Positions 1 through 14,329 of a stretch of DNA of 64,000 bases are shown in pieces. The position numbers were made by a program, and so were the translations under genes. The stretch is taken from the NCBI GenBank assembly GCA_951406725.2, contig OX597814.1, forward strand, positions 162,440,001 through 162,504,000, written 5' to 3'. The first letter of the stretch is position 1. Each line of letters starts with the position of its first letter. The notes below the pieces were generated by a model. The model was given only the letters and a program-made list of their open reading frames with translations. It did not search any database and was not told the DNA's origin. This DNA is from Octopus vulgaris. Taxonomy: Eukaryota.

Positions 1-213
1 GCGAAACATGAACGAGCGCGCGTGCGCACACACACTTGTTTACAGAGAGGAAGAGGTAGAGATAGAGAGAGGGAGGAGACAAAGGTAGTAGAAAAAATGG
101 AATTGTGAGAGTGGGTGTTAGAGTGACAAAGAAATGGAAAAAGAAAAGCAATATAAATGAATATATATATGTGTGTGTGCGTGTATGTACGCATACATAT
201 ATACATACGTAGA

Positions 214-250
<37 letters not shown>

Positions 251-273
251 CGTGTGTGTGTGTGTATATTTAC

Positions 274-324
<51 letters not shown>

Positions 325-1022
325 ATAGATAGATAGATAGATCAGTAGGGTGATAGATAAATAAATAGAGAGGAGGAGGAAGAAGAGGGCTGTGGAAGGT
401 AATATGTGTTGGGAAATGCTATTGTTTCTCTGTCTGTCTGTCTGTCTGTCTCTTTCTCCCCACTCTCTCTCTCTAATATAATGATATATAAATTTAGATA
501 GACAAAGAATCCATTTTGTGATTGGTTGATTTCAAAGAACAGTAAACGACTCCGTTAATGGCGATCTCAACGGAAGAGAGGAAGTAAAACGTTTAATGAG
601 ATATTTACAAATAACAAGACCAGGTGTGCGTGTGTTTGTGTGTGTGTGTTTGTTTGTGTATGTGTGTGTGTGTGTTTGTGTGTGCGTGCGTGTGTGTTTG
701 TGTGAATATAGTAGGGAAATATACTAAAATTACTATAATGATATACACCCGGAGGGTACAATAAAAATGAGAAAGAAATGTATGACAGGAAATTACAGTG
801 AGATAAATAGCTAGCTAGATAGATAAATAGATTGATAGACAGATATATAGATAGCTAGTAGATAGATAGATAGATACATGCATACTTATATACATGCATA
901 CATAAGAAGCAAGAACAAAACAAGGAGTTTCTAGTTGGAATGGTGATTTCTGGGGGTTAAAAGGACCAGAAAAAAGGACTAAATCTATTTCATTATTCAG
1001 TACTGGAAAGGCGTTAAATGGA

Positions 1023-1101
<79 letters not shown>

Positions 1102-1187
1102 AGTGGGAGGCAGACGAGAAGAAAAATAGATAGAGACGATAAACATGGAGAAATTGATCTATGTATGTATCTGTCGGTCTACGTATG

Positions 1188-2325
1188 CACCTAGCATCAT
1201 AGCATCATAATTTTGAAATATCTATAAAATCGTCAAAAGCTTGTTTATTTTTATGTTTTTTGATTTATTATTAGTGTTGCTAAATATGTTTTGCTAAATA
1301 TGTTTTGCTAAAATTGCTTTTTCTTTTCAGATAACATCAGAAAAAGGTAATTAAAATTCATTAAGGTGATAGATCTATCGGACTTTCAAAGAGGGCAAAT
1401 TGTTGGTGCTCGTATAGCAGGTGCTAGCGTAACGAAAACAGCCGATAAGTTTGGTGTATGAAGAAGTACTGTCTCGAAAGCAATGACAGCCTTTGAGAAA
1501 GATGGAAAAACCTCCTCGTCGAAACAAAACTCCGGAAGAAAACCAAAATTCTCAGATAGGGACCGTCGGACTCTTACTCGAATTGTTAGAAAGGATCACA
1601 AAACTACAGCTCCCAAAATTACTGCAGAGCAGAGCTTAATGACCACCTCGAGAACCCAGTTTCCACAAAAACTGTTCAAAGCCGGATTTCATGGGAGGGT
1701 TGCAATCAGAAAACCACTACTTTCAAAAACAAACGTTGCAAAGCGTTTAGTAGGAGTAAAAAAACCTACAGAATTGGTCCTTAGATCAGTGGAAGAATGT
1801 TATTTTCTCGCACGAGTCATTCTTTACTTTATTTCCTACCACCGGCCGAGTATACGTGTGGAGACAGCCAAAAGAAACATTTGACCCAGACTGCCTTCTT
1901 CCAACTGTTAAACATGAAGGAGGAGCTTTGATGATCTGGGGTGGGAGCTATATCTTGGAAATCCCCCGGCCCAATGGTTTCCCTTCATGACAGAATTAAT
2001 AGTCAAGCATTTTAACTGATCAAATTAATCTTATAGTTGCGGAAGTGCTTCCGGAGGGAAACCCAATCTCTCAGGATGATAATGCACCAATTCACACCGC
2101 TAAAGTTGTTAGTGAATGGCACGTTGAACTTTCTAGTGAAGTTGAGCATCTTATCTGGTCACCACAGTACCCAGATCTCAATATTATTGGACATTTATGG
2201 TGCATTTTAGAAAAAATAAGTAAAGAGTCGATATCCTCCACTACCATCACTACAAGAACTGGAGACTGTTTTAGCTGAAGAATGGACAAAAATTCCTTTG
2301 GAAACAATTCAAACTTTGATGCAGC
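1188..2325 (+). mobile_element. Decayed Tc1-family DNA transposon (frameshifted transposase, 5' TIR truncated)
   Basis: ORF fragments show the HTH region (SGRKPKFSDRDRRTLTRIVRKD) and DDE region (QDDNAPIH, PQYPDLNII). Near-identical to 6310-7455. Confidence 0.9.
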
Positions 2326-2736
2326 CATTATGAGAAATACCATCAATTTTAGTCTCGTCTAGACTGGATGGTAGGAATAACTCAGAGAAATTAATGCGTT
2401 TACTGTGCAAATCATTGCACAGAACGACAAACAAGCAATAAGCAGGACACTGTGAAATAACAGGTCTGAAGAAAAATACTAGGCAAAATTTTACTACGTT
2501 ATATGGTGGCTCGAACAGACGAGATTATTTTTCGGTTATATATGAGTGTGATATCCTTGCAGCAAACGCAAAAGAACAGTGACTATCGTAGTATCGGTAT
2601 AAGAAACAGAAAGAGTGGATATAATTCAGTAGCGAGCCACTGACAATGACATTTGAATATTTGCATATTAAGGAAGCGGTTATAGCTTTGATTTTTTTCC
2701 AAGAATATTTTCGTGTGAACAAGTTTGAGTGTGTTC

Positions 2737-2789
<53 letters not shown>

Positions 2790-2802
2790 GTGTGTGTGTG
2801 TG

Positions 2803-3011
2803 TGAAGTTAGAAAACAAAAGACGAAAGATGTAGGAACGAAAGGCTGGTGTATTAGTTTAACGCTCGGGTAAAATGTAAAAGTCTTTTACGTTTCAAGCT
2901 TAAGCTCTTCGACAGAAAAGATTAATAGGAAAAGAAAAGGAGAGAGAATGAAAAAAAAAAAACGGAGAGAGAGAGAGAAAGATATGTAGGGATTAATGGT
3001 CTAACATGATG

Positions 3012-3015
<4 letters not shown>
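2803..3015 (-). mobile_element. Short dispersed repeat (Penelope-like fragment) with a hammerhead-like motif at 2884-2920
   Basis: Reverse-complement homology to 36572-36757. Motif CTTTT-CTGTCGA-a-GAGC-ttaa-GCTT-GAAACGTA-AAAG. Confidence 0.55.
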
Positions 3016-3072
<57 letters not shown>

Positions 3073-3184
3073 ATAGAGGGCATTATTATAGAGGGAATTT
3101 TTTTCTCTTATGAGGTTTTTCACGCTAACTACCTGATAATTTCTTGTTAAGATTCCTTATTAAGAAGTTATTCTTAATTGTTAA

Positions 3185-3240
<56 letters not shown>

Positions 3241-4164
3241 GAAACTCTACATGTATGTAATCCACCTGTTGATTGAAATATGTAGTGTCTTTGGTTTGAG
3301 CTTAATGCTGTTGTATGTTTTGAGATATTAAACCTTATCCTAATGTTCCATCTGTTCTTCTGGAGTAATGTACCTTGGACAACAACTATTGGTGGGTCCT
3401 TTCATAAGACACTAACATATTGCTTGAGGTAGTATGAGCTATTATTTCCAGCAGACTAAGCAACCATATAAAAACACCCACACTCGTTCGTGTGACGGCT
3501 AGCTGGTAGTTAATACAGAAGAGGAAATGGGCTGAAGAGATAACCGGGCTCTGAAAATTTGATATAGATGCGGTTGGGGAAAGTCTATCAACACCTGCTG
3601 CGAATGAATGACCTGACAGGAAGTTTGCAGACCAAATGGTTAGTGTCAGACAGCTATCATTGCCAGGCGACTCACATGGCAGACATAGGGGAAGATTTCA
3701 GTGAAGTCACGGGAAAATAATTTGTTTTCCGCTAAAGAGATTACAGTTATCTTTGGTAAAAGAGAAGGTCTCTTGAGTATCTGGCTCTGTACAACTCGAA
3801 CAGATGGTCATTATTTTACTATAGAAGTGACTACCTATATGAATGATAGATTGGTAGGTTTAAGGTGATGGCTTTCCTTGGTGATAGATTGTGTGCTCAT
3901 GTATTTCGGTTTAAAAACATGATGAAAGTGATTGAAAAGCCTTCTAGGTGTCAACAACAACCCCAACGGCCAATTGTGTGAGAGGCATGACGAATGCATT
4001 GTTGCATAATAACGAGTATATTACTGCTTCTGGAGTAGTTGATATTGTTATCGTTTAAGCCTACGTCTAGCCTGATCGGAGAGACCCATTATCAAAGGTA
4101 TTTAAGTTGTAAACATATCTTTTCAGAGATATGCAGGACTACATCATGTAATATATCCTCTCCT

Positions 4165-4667
4165 CATTTACTCTTTTACATGTTTCAGTCATTTCACTGT
4201 GGCCATGCTGGAGCACCGCCTTTAGTCGAAGAAATCGACCCCAAAACTTTGTAAGCCTAGTACTTATTCTATCGTTCTCTTTGCCGAACCGCTAAGTTAC
4301 GGGGACGTAAACACACCAGCATCGGTTGTCAAGCGATGCTGGGGGACAAACACAGACACACAAACACAAACACACACACACACACATATATATACATATA
4401 TACGACGGGCTTCTTTCAGTTTCCGTCAATCAAATCAACTCACAAGGCTTTGGTCGGCCCAAGGCTATAGTAGAAGACACTTGCCCAAGGTGCTACGCAG
4501 TGGGACTGAACCCGGAACCATGTGGTTGCTAAGCAAGCCACTCCTGCGCCTATGAAATGAAAGGAAGATTCGACCTCGGCCGAATTTGAACCCAGAACGA
4601 AAAGACGGACGAAACGCCGTTCTTCATTTTTCCCGGCGTGCTAACGATTCGGTCAGCTCGCTGCCTT
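4165..4667 (-). mobile_element. SINE family B (about 4165-4552) plus a family A head fragment
   Basis: Family B has a tRNA-like head (GGTTCCGGGTTCAGTCCC), an ACCTTGGGCAAGTGTCTTC motif, an internal microsatellite and a GCATGGCCACAGT tail. Confidence 0.85.
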
Positions 4668-6309
4668 AGATAGCAGAAGGAAATTAGTTGCTATTTCTGG
4701 CATATTGAGCGACTATATTGCGGCTCGTTTGCGGGCTCTCTTATGAAGAAACTACCGCATTTCGAAACTGTGTCTATCACTGTGCTGAGGTGAGTTGGCC
4801 AGAGTGGAAATCTCGTCTAAAAATTGGAGAGAAAGATAAAGAGTTTGTGGATAATCCCCGTTTATGCTGAAGGATTAAGGGCTTATTACAAAAACCGTAG
4901 GTGACTTCTGGAAATTTGGAGGGGAAATTTTTGATCGTAGATTAAAATGTCGTGCTGTATTTTAGGAGAGACGTAGCACAAGAACTCATTTATCAACAAT
5001 TATATCAATTATAAACCTTTACAGAAGTGTTTCAACTATGGACATGTGTTTTTTTCTTCATTTTATAATTAGTGTAACTATATAGAGCCGAACAGCTATA
5101 AAAAAACTTAACCTTACTCGCACGAATATCCCATATCAATAGCATTTTAAATTATAAATCTGTACACAACTCTATGGTCGCGCATTTGGTTGGTAATTTT
5201 TTTCTCTTTATTACTCAATATATCTCCTAAATTAACGATTTTTGTTTCGGAAATAACAGCTTCTATCTTTGATATGACACAAGATAGTTTTTTAAACGAG
5301 GCCCTTCATATTGCCTTCATTAACTCCAACCTCATATTCAGTAAAATATATCGTGATCTCGGAAATTAGTGAGTAGTATATATCGCCTCTCGTAAATCCT
5401 CAAAAGAAGGTTTACGCCATCTACACATTCATAAAATCAATTCATTATCAATGATAACCTATTTTCATTAAAACGAATGATGTATTCGGAAAGTAACTAA
5501 CCTGTTTTTACCAGCGATAAAAGTATATGGATGCTTCAAATGTTAATATCGCCCATGAAATCAAAAGGAGATTTACTTCACAGTGTAGTCCAAAATTGTT
5601 AATATTGGCAACGATATAAAGCGTATTCTAAAAAGTTTAACTCACGTTAATATATAAGGATGTTAATTGCGTGTCAATTGAAAAATTGGTAGAACGTTCT
5701 TTATCACTTATAAAAATTGATAACTTCTTGATTTTTATAAAAGTGAACAGCATAAAAAAAAAAATCCTGCTTTAATTTTACTCCATTAAAATCCAAACGT
5801 TTTTCATATATCTAGTTTAATGATATCTGAATAGAGGTTGAATATTAAAGGAGTTCTGAATCAATGAAAAGGAAGATTTTACAATCTGCAAGCCTATAAT
5901 ATTCTATCATAAATAAAATATGATATAATATAATATTATGTTAAAGGGTTTGTAAATAAAACCAGTTAATGATTTATTGGAAAATACTTCAGCAGTTGTA
6001 ATATACTCGATAAAATACAAAATACTGAGAGATCAATACAAAGTATAGAGATAATACAACACAGTCTTATTGAAGAAACTTACATCCTTAATGACAAAGA
6101 CGAGCTTGATGGCCGCTAAGAATATCTATCTTTTATCTTTCACTTGTTTCAACCACGTCTGCGCCCTAAAGCTAACTTTCTAGGTTCTACCTAGACTTGA
6201 ACTCGGATCGTTGGGTTTATATCCAGAGTGCTAATCAAACCAATTACACTGATGAAAATTTGTGATTTTGAATCTTAGATCACCTCGTTAATCAATATTA
6301 ATATTAAAT

Positions 6310-7454
6310 TACAGCTTGAATTCTACGAGCTATGGACTCGTACTAAGTTTGAATTGTTTCCAAAGGAATTTTTGTCCATTCTTCAGCTAAAGCAGTCTCC
6401 TGTTCCTGTAGTGACGATAGGGGAGGATATCGACTCCTTACTTATTTTTTCTAAAATGCACCATAAATGTTTAATAATATTGATATCTAGGGACTGTGGT
6501 GACCAGATAAGATGCTCAACTTCACTAGAAAGTTCAACGTGCCATTCACTAACAACTTTAGCGGTGTGAATTGGTGCATTATCATCCTGAAAGATTGGGT
6601 TTCCCTCCGGAAGCACTTCCGCAACCATAGGATCAATTTGATCAGTTAAAATGCTTAAATAGTTTTGATTATTTATTCTGTCATGAAGGGAAACCATTGG
6701 GCCGGCGGATTTCCTAGATATAGCCCCCACACCCAGATCATCACAGACCCTCCTCTATGTTTAACAGTTGGAAGAAGGCAAATGCTTCTTTTAGCTATCT
6801 TCACACAGCCATACTCGGCCGTTGGTAGGAAATAAGGTAAAGGATGACTCGTCCGAGAAAATAACATTCTTCCACTGATCTAGGGACCAATTCTGTAGAT
6901 TTTTACTCAACTCTAAACGCTTTGCAACGTTTGTTTTCGAAAGTAGTGGTTTTCTGATTGCAACCTTCCCATAAAATTCGGCTACAAAGCAGCTCCCGGC
7001 GAACAGTTTTTGTGGAAACTGGGTTCTCGTGGGTTCTCTGCAGTAATTTTGGGAGCTGTACTTTTGTGATCCTTTCTAACAATTCGCGTAAGAGTCCGAC
7101 GGTCCCTATCTGAGAGTTGTGGTTTTCTTCTGGAGTCTTGTTTCGACGAGGAGGTTTTTCCCTCTTTCTCAAAGGCTGTCATTACTTTCGAGACAGTACT
7201 TTTTGATACACCAAATATATCGGCTGTTTTCGTCACGCTAGCGCCTCTTTGAAAGTCCGATAGATCTGTCATTTTAATAAATTTTAATTACCTTCTTCTG
7301 ATCATATCTGAAAAGAAACCGCAATTTTAGCAAGACATATTAAGCAAAACTAATAGCAAATCAATAAAAATAAAAATAAGCAAGCTTTTGACGATTTTAT
7401 AGATATTTCAAAATTATGATGCTATAGGTGTTTCCATTATTTTGTCTAACCCCT

Positions 7455-7455
<1 letters not shown>
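6310..7455 (-). mobile_element. Decayed Tc1-family transposon, same family as 1188-2325, inverted orientation
   Basis: Minus strand begins TA|CAGGGGTTAGACAAAATAATGGAAACACC. Fragments MTDLSDFQRG, VKHRGGSVMIW and IFQDDNAPIH. Confidence 0.92.
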
Positions 7456-7492
<37 letters not shown>

Positions 7493-8115
7493 TTATAGGA
7501 GGAATCGAAATCATGAAGTTCATTTTCCCTGTTGCTACGAACACAATAATAACTTACGTAATTACTATAAAATGGAGAAAAACCCCTGTAAGGCTATATG
7601 AATAGATTGAAATACACTAAGATGATCTTTACCCAGAATAAAAACTTTTCATGATAAAATATTTACAACAGTAAGCAATGTTATTCAATGTAACTGGTTA
7701 ATTGTTATATATGTTTAGTGCAATTTCATTCTTAAAATTAAGTACAGAGTTCAAAAATATTGCACGGATATATTTCTAAAATACACATACCCACAGCAAT
7801 TATAATACCACGTATGACAACACTATATTAAGTGCAGCTATCAGTAGCCACAGTTATATCATGACCAAAGAATATAAACTATTGAAATGACTTCCTGATG
7901 ACATGTTTCAAGAAAAGATTTATTTGTTTTAAAACTGTCGCTACAAGACGGACTAACACTTGGCTAGTTTTGATAAAATACTCAATAAGAGAATATTCAT
8001 AAATGATTAACGATAGAGGGAGAAAAATATTCACAACAGAATGTCTCTTCAGACTGACAAATAAACGCCTGTTTATGTTTCATTTCCATAAATGTTATGT
8101 TAGACAGAATCTTTA

Positions 8116-8149
<34 letters not shown>

Positions 8150-8154
<5 letters not shown>

Positions 8155-8530
8155 TCTATGGCCATGCTGGAGCACCGCATTTACTCGAGCAAATCGACCT
8201 CAGGACTTATTCTTTGTAAGCCTAGTACTTATTCTATAGGTCACTTTTGCCGAACCGCTAAGTTACAGGGACGTAATCACACCAGCATCGGTTGTCAAGC
8301 GATGTTGGGGGGACAAATACAGACACAGAAACATGCACACACACTCACACATACATATATATATACGATGGGTTTCTTTCAGTTTCCTTCTCCCAAATCA
8401 ACTCACAAGGCTTTGACGGCCCGAGGCTATAGTAGAAGACACTTGCCCAAGATGCCACGCAGTGGGACTTTACCCGGAACCATGTGGTTGGTAAGCAACC
8501 TAATTACCACACAGCCACTCTTACGCCTAT
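8150..8530 (-). mobile_element. SINE family B
   Basis: Full-length match to 57793-58178. Confidence 0.88.
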
Positions 8531-8964
8531 CGAAGAAGTAAAAAAAAAATCACCATGGATATGGAAAACTGAAAAAAATTCGTTGATTTGCAGAAGACTA
8601 TCAACTGTCTGGCAATACTCATCAAATGCAAAAATACAAATAAGTACAACTTAAAAGCTCACCATAAGAAAATTGAAAAAGTAAACTACTTTCGTTAAAA
8701 ACCCCCACTATGATGTATATTTATAGCCAATTCTCAAACATGAATTAAAAGCTACCAACGAGAAATTCTCTCATGAGAAGGGAGAAACTGAGAAAAAAAA
8801 AAGTAGCAAAAGTTTAGTCGAATTGAAACGACAATCCACAGAAAATGAGGGGGCAATCAATAACTAGTTTCCTTCTCAGGAAGACGGATTCATTCTGGAG
8901 AAAAGTAAGGAGTGCAAAAAAAAAGAAAAGAAAAAGGTGTTTAACCAGGATGCATGGTATAGGA

Positions 8965-9215
8965 TAAAGCATCCTTCTCGAGCTCTATGGACTCACAAGG
9001 GCCGGTTTCCCGGTTTCTGTGGCGAATATATATATATTTACCCTCTGGATGCAACATCGGTCCGTTGCTGGATCATTTATTTTTGAGTGAATTGGAGCAA
9101 CGTGAAATGAAGTGTTTTGCTAAAGAACACAACGCATCGCTCGTTCCAGGAATTGAAACCACAATCCTACCATAATAAGTCGAATACTCAAACCATTAAG
9201 CCATACACCCCCCAC
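8965..9215 (-). mobile_element. tRNA-derived SINE family C (Meta-domain-like)
   Basis: Sense strand TGTGTTCTTTAGCAAAACACTTCATTTCACGTTGCTCCA follows a tRNA-like head. Homologous to 46097-46345, 44952-45040 and about 37160-37300. Confidence 0.75.
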
Positions 9216-11058
9216 AGGATTCATGGTGGTTAGAAGAGATTCAAGATAAATGTTCCTCCCAGTTATTAAAGCAAGGTTAAACTAGAAACTGAAACTAGTT
9301 CAGCAATATCCCTGTCATTGACCCGTCTGTCTCTCACATATTCGGCGAGGAATGATCAGGTGACTATTGATGGATGAAATATATCTATGATATGTTCGAT
9401 TTAAATAGCCTTTAAATGTCGCCCATATCCCTTCGATGGTATCCACTAACCACAAATGTCAAACTGCTTCTATGGATCAGGTCTTCACACATAAGTAAAG
9501 TAGCACCACGAGGGTTGGAAATTAGATCCCCGAAAAATATTCCCCGACGATACACACAAAAGGGAATTACACAGCTCTACTGCAACATAACATCAAAAGA
9601 AAAGCTTTCTGTTTATCTGTAGGTCATGCATGGCTTTGTTGTCAGAGAACTTCAAAGAGACAGTGGCATAGCTTACTCCGGCTAAAGCCAATTGAATTGA
9701 TTCCAGTATTTGACCAGTAATTATTTTACCGACCACGCAAGTATAAAAAGCAGAATGATCACGCTGGGATTTAAATTCTGTGACGTAAGTGGATATCACA
9801 AAGCACAATCATTTTGGCTTCCACTGGCATTTGTTGTACAATAATAATAATAATAATAATAATGATAATAATAATAATAATAACGCATTCACACAATGTT
9901 GAAGTTAGACTACTAATTTGTACGGTAGACATATAGCACCATAGATTCTACATTTGGTTTATCACTGTAGCTCTGGAATTATAGTTTGGTCTAAATCAGG
10001 GTTGAGGAATTATGCGTGTGAGCACATGTAAAAAATTTTCCATTGTATAAATTTATAGATATACACTATGTATTAAATTACTGTTTGCCTTTAAGGTTTA
10101 AGCCGGTTTTGTTATTGAATGTAAGAGTAGGATTCATATCTTCTGGCATAAATTATAAGCAAACGGGAAAATATATTGCTACGTGATCAGAATCTAATGA
10201 CAAGACTGACTGAGACGACTGCATATCTAGAAACGAGGTTTCCATTAAGAATAACTTGCTTTTTCCTTCTCCAAGAAATCGGTAAGGTAGATTAAAGAAA
10301 TACTTGTTCAATATGCAGTGCAGTGTTTCTCATATATTCTGCAGCTCCTTTTTTTATGATATCTGTTTTAAAATTATACATATAATCACTGGACAACTGA
10401 TAAAATAAAAGAATATAAAATATTTATAGTTACAACTTACGTGACATTTTGTCTTGTTGGGGTTTTAACATTAGAATTGAAAAAGCTAAAATTTTCTTAA
10501 TGATTCAACCAAGTTAAAAATTCAGCGTACATTTTCTTTTAATCATTAGAAACAAACTAATGACAGATTTCGATTGCAGAAATTAACTTTTAATTGATAT
10601 CATATTATATAGCTTGAACTATAGGGTTTAGTTTTATAAAATAGATGATTATATTCACCGCTGCAAGAAACAACTAGATGGTATTTTATAATATATTTTT
10701 GAAAATATCTCTGAAAATATTTATGTTGCGAATGAATTCTTTTGGTGTTAATATAAATATCTAGTTAATTATTACGAGTTGTTTGATATTTCAGTTTAGA
10801 ATACTATTTTTTTTTATGTTGTTCATATCTATGAGTATAAAATTCAGGAAAATAACTAATGCTTGACTTTGTTTGTTAAATTAATGGGTTATTTACTTAG
10901 TTAAATTCAATTTAAAAGCAATAAATAACATTGATTTGAATTTTGTAAGTTCAGTACACATACACACACATGTATACAGAAATACACAAACATACATATG
11001 TATTATACATAAATACACACACAATTACAGAATGTACATGTTTGATAAATACTACATA

Positions 11059-12545
11059 CAGGGGTTGAACAAAATAATGGAAACACCTTTTTATTTAACT
11101 ACTTTTTTCTGTTGACAATATGACAAATTCAAAACTGTTCTAGTACATACACACACACTCACATTTGTGTGTGTGTGTGCTCAAATGCATTTTTTATACC
11201 TATTTCTTTGTTACCCACAAGGGGCTAAACACAGAGGGGACAAACAAGGACAGACATAGGTATTAAGTCGATTACATCGACCCCAGTGCGTAACTGGTAC
11301 TTAATTTATCGATCCCAAAAGGATGAAAGGCAAAGTCGACCTCAGCGGAATTTGAACTCACAATGTAACGCAGACGAAATACCGCTAAGCATTTCGCCCG
11401 GCGTGCTAACGTTTCTGCCAGCTCGCCTACCTTGTACTTAGTGATATACCCCTCTGTTTTGGGATTTTTCTTCTTCTTACTACAGATATTTATATTTAAA
11501 TAAGTTAAAATACATGACCTATCTATTTTCCAGAGAGGTCAAAATGCTGGAGCGCGAACGGTTGAAACTTTAGCCACCAAAAACAGTTGAATTACTTAAT
11601 GTTTTTTGAGAGGCACAATCACTACAGTTATGCTGGCGTTCCAAAACCAAGCTAAAAAATATTCTGGCAAGCGTAATTCTAGACAGAAGGCAAAGTTCAC
11701 TGAGAAAGACTTCAGAACAGTAAAAAGTATTGGACTTAAAAACTTTCAAACAGTAGACGCAAAAGTGGCAGCAGAGCTTAATCACCACCTTTCTAACCCT
11801 ATATCATCGAAAAACGTTCGTCGTGAGCTCCGTAAAGTAACATATTATTGGAAGGTTGCAACTGATTAGCGGGAAAAATGATGCTTTGACTATCAGAAGT
11901 GGTCAATGGCTCAGTAGAACAATGTCATCTCAGATGATTCATCATTCACCCTTTTCTCTCACTTTGAGACTGGTATAATATCTTGAGACAGTCCGAAGAA
12001 GCCTTCGATCCTGGTTGCTTGGTCCCTATCGTGAAGCACAGAGATGGCTCTGTGATGATTTTAATAACCTTATCACGGAATAATCTTAACCATTTAGTTG
12101 TTCTACATCGCAGAATTAACACCAAGAATTATCTGAGTATTTTGATCGATCATGTCGATCTTATGGTACAAACATTGTTCCCTGATGGCAGTGCGATCTT
12201 CCAGGACAAAATGCGCCAATTCACACGGCTAGTATTATTTAAAATTAGTACGAAGAATACAAACGTGAAGCAGACCGCGTGAATTAGCCCCCACAGTCAC
12301 ATGATTTCATTATAACCGAACCTTTATAATGTATTTGGGAGCAGCACGTGAGCCGCCGTTTCCCTCCGCCACGCTGCCGAAAAGTTAAAGCAAGTGTTAC
12401 TTGAAGAATGGCTTAAGATTCCCCTAACAACTGTTCAGAACCTATACGAGACAATTCCTTGACGTATTAAAGCTATGATTGATACCAAATGAGGATTAAT
12501 ACCGTATCAAATAATAGACTTCCATTTATTTTGTCCAATCTCATT
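11059..12545 (+). mobile_element. Older Tc1-family transposon with related TIR, interrupted by a SINE
   Basis: Left TIR TA|CAGGGGTTGAACAAAATAATGGAAACACC and a degenerate right [24 protein letters not shown]. Fragments VKHRDGSVMI and IFQD. SINE inserted at about 11198-11430. Confidence 0.85.
11198..11430 (-). mobile_element. tRNA-derived SINE family A (Nin/Deu-domain-like)
   Basis: Sense strand has a GAGTTCAAATTCC B-box and GCCTTTCATCCTTTCGGGGTCGATAAATTAAGTACCAG, resembling the Deu/Nin domain. Confidence 0.85.
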
Positions 12546-12713
12546 AAATATATATATATGTGTGTGTGTGTGAATGTATTTCGCTTAGACATTGAGAGAC
12601 TAATAACCTGGTGTAGAACTCAATATAAGTATGCTTCAGAACGAAGCGTTAGCCAAATACAGAGCAGTAAAAAGATAATGAGATGAGAAAGGAATAAACG
12701 GTTATCTTCGTTT

Positions 12714-12927
12714 ATTATCTTATGAACTTCATCAGCTTAAGGTTGTTTCAGCTGAGATGCAATGGATTTATAGTTGGAGTGCCCGAGTAACATCTTATAG
12801 CTTCATCGGAGCTTCGCACATCATATGCGAGGCCCCGACGAAGCTATAAAGTGTTACTCAGGTACTCAACCATGAGTCCACTGCATCTTATAGCAGAAAC
12901 AGCTGTAGCTAATAAAGTTCATATAAT
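12714..12927. repeat. Diverged fold-back inverted repeat (arms about 105 bp) carrying hammerhead-like motifs
   Basis: GAGTAACATCTTATAGCTTCATCGGAGCTTCGCA pairs with TGCGAGGCCCCGACGAAGCTATAAAGTGTTACTC. The right arm has CCGACGA-a-GCTATAA...TTATAGC-a-GAAACAGCTGTA. Confidence 0.85.
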
Positions 12928-12951
12928 AGTAGTCTATTCTTGTGTCATTTT

Positions 12952-13012
<61 letters not shown>

Positions 13013-13875
13013 CAACGTCACTGGTGCCAAGCAGTATATGCCTTTGCCTTTCCCTAAGATAACATCGAAGGCGTGGAGAGTGGCGGCTGGTATACATGGG
13101 CAACTACTGGTCTTGTTCCTGACTTGTTCCTCAGAGGGAAACTCTATAGGTGCAGTATAGGGTAAGGGATTCAAGTCGCTATTTCAGGGCATGACGATGC
13201 TGCATTACACGTCATGGATTCAGCTGGCTCTAGCTGATAGTATCAACTATTGACTCTTGACTAGGATTATGGAACTCCAGTTATGGCTGATTAGCTTCAC
13301 TGACTTGTGAGATAAAGATTAGAGATTAAATCTTATAATAAAAGCAGCGTGGAGTTCTTAAAACGGTCTGGTGTCCGACACTCTTTCGGCTATTGCCGCA
13401 AACTGAACGTACTGCTCTGCATATCTCTGGAACACAACAGCAAGGCCGAGGGAAGAACTCTGACGTCTAAGCAGCCCATATTTTCCAGGTCTGCTCAGTC
13501 CAGGTTTGTGTCCTTAGAAAGCACTAACCATGGTTACAAGACTTCATTGTCTCTTGAAACAAATGGGTAACAAAAATATTTTATGTCGGTTCGCTGTTGT
13601 ATAATATAACATTATATATATTTATGTTTTATATATTTTAACGAGCTCATTTCTGAGATATTTTATGGCAAGAGATGAAATTTATAATTTTTCCATTTAA
13701 CTTTATGTAATATTTCCCAAAGAACACTTACATACACACGTATGTATGTATGTATGTATGTATGTATGTATGTATGTATGTATGTATGTATGTATGTATG
13801 TATGTATGTATGTATGTATGTATGTATGCATGTATGTACATATGCATACATACATATATACATACGTACATGTAT

Positions 13876-13916
<41 letters not shown>

Positions 13917-14329
13917 CATATATATACATATATATATATATACATACATATATATATACATATATACATACACTCCCGTACAGATACACACACATATATA
14001 TATATATATATGTATATAAAATTTAGTGATATTTTATGAGAAATGAGGCAATTCTCAATTATTTTCCTCCTCATTAAAATAACTATTAGTAGGTAAGTAT
14101 ATAAATTTCCGCGAAATCATGATTACTTCTATTCACAACTGCTTTAGATGTGTATGATCAGTTGATTCTTTTGTTTACATAAGTGAAAACATTGGGCACT
14201 CTCTTGAGAATAACAAACATGTTTTATGGCATACACATTGACACAGAAAATGTATTTGATATTACGAACAATGAAATCTAATAAAAACATTAAATAGTCA
14301 TGCATTTGGCTCGGAAATTACTTTTCTAA

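Noticed and set aside
12714-12927. Hairpin as a pre-miRNA
   Set aside because: Too long, no recognised mature miRNA, and better explained as a hammerhead-bearing inverted repeat.
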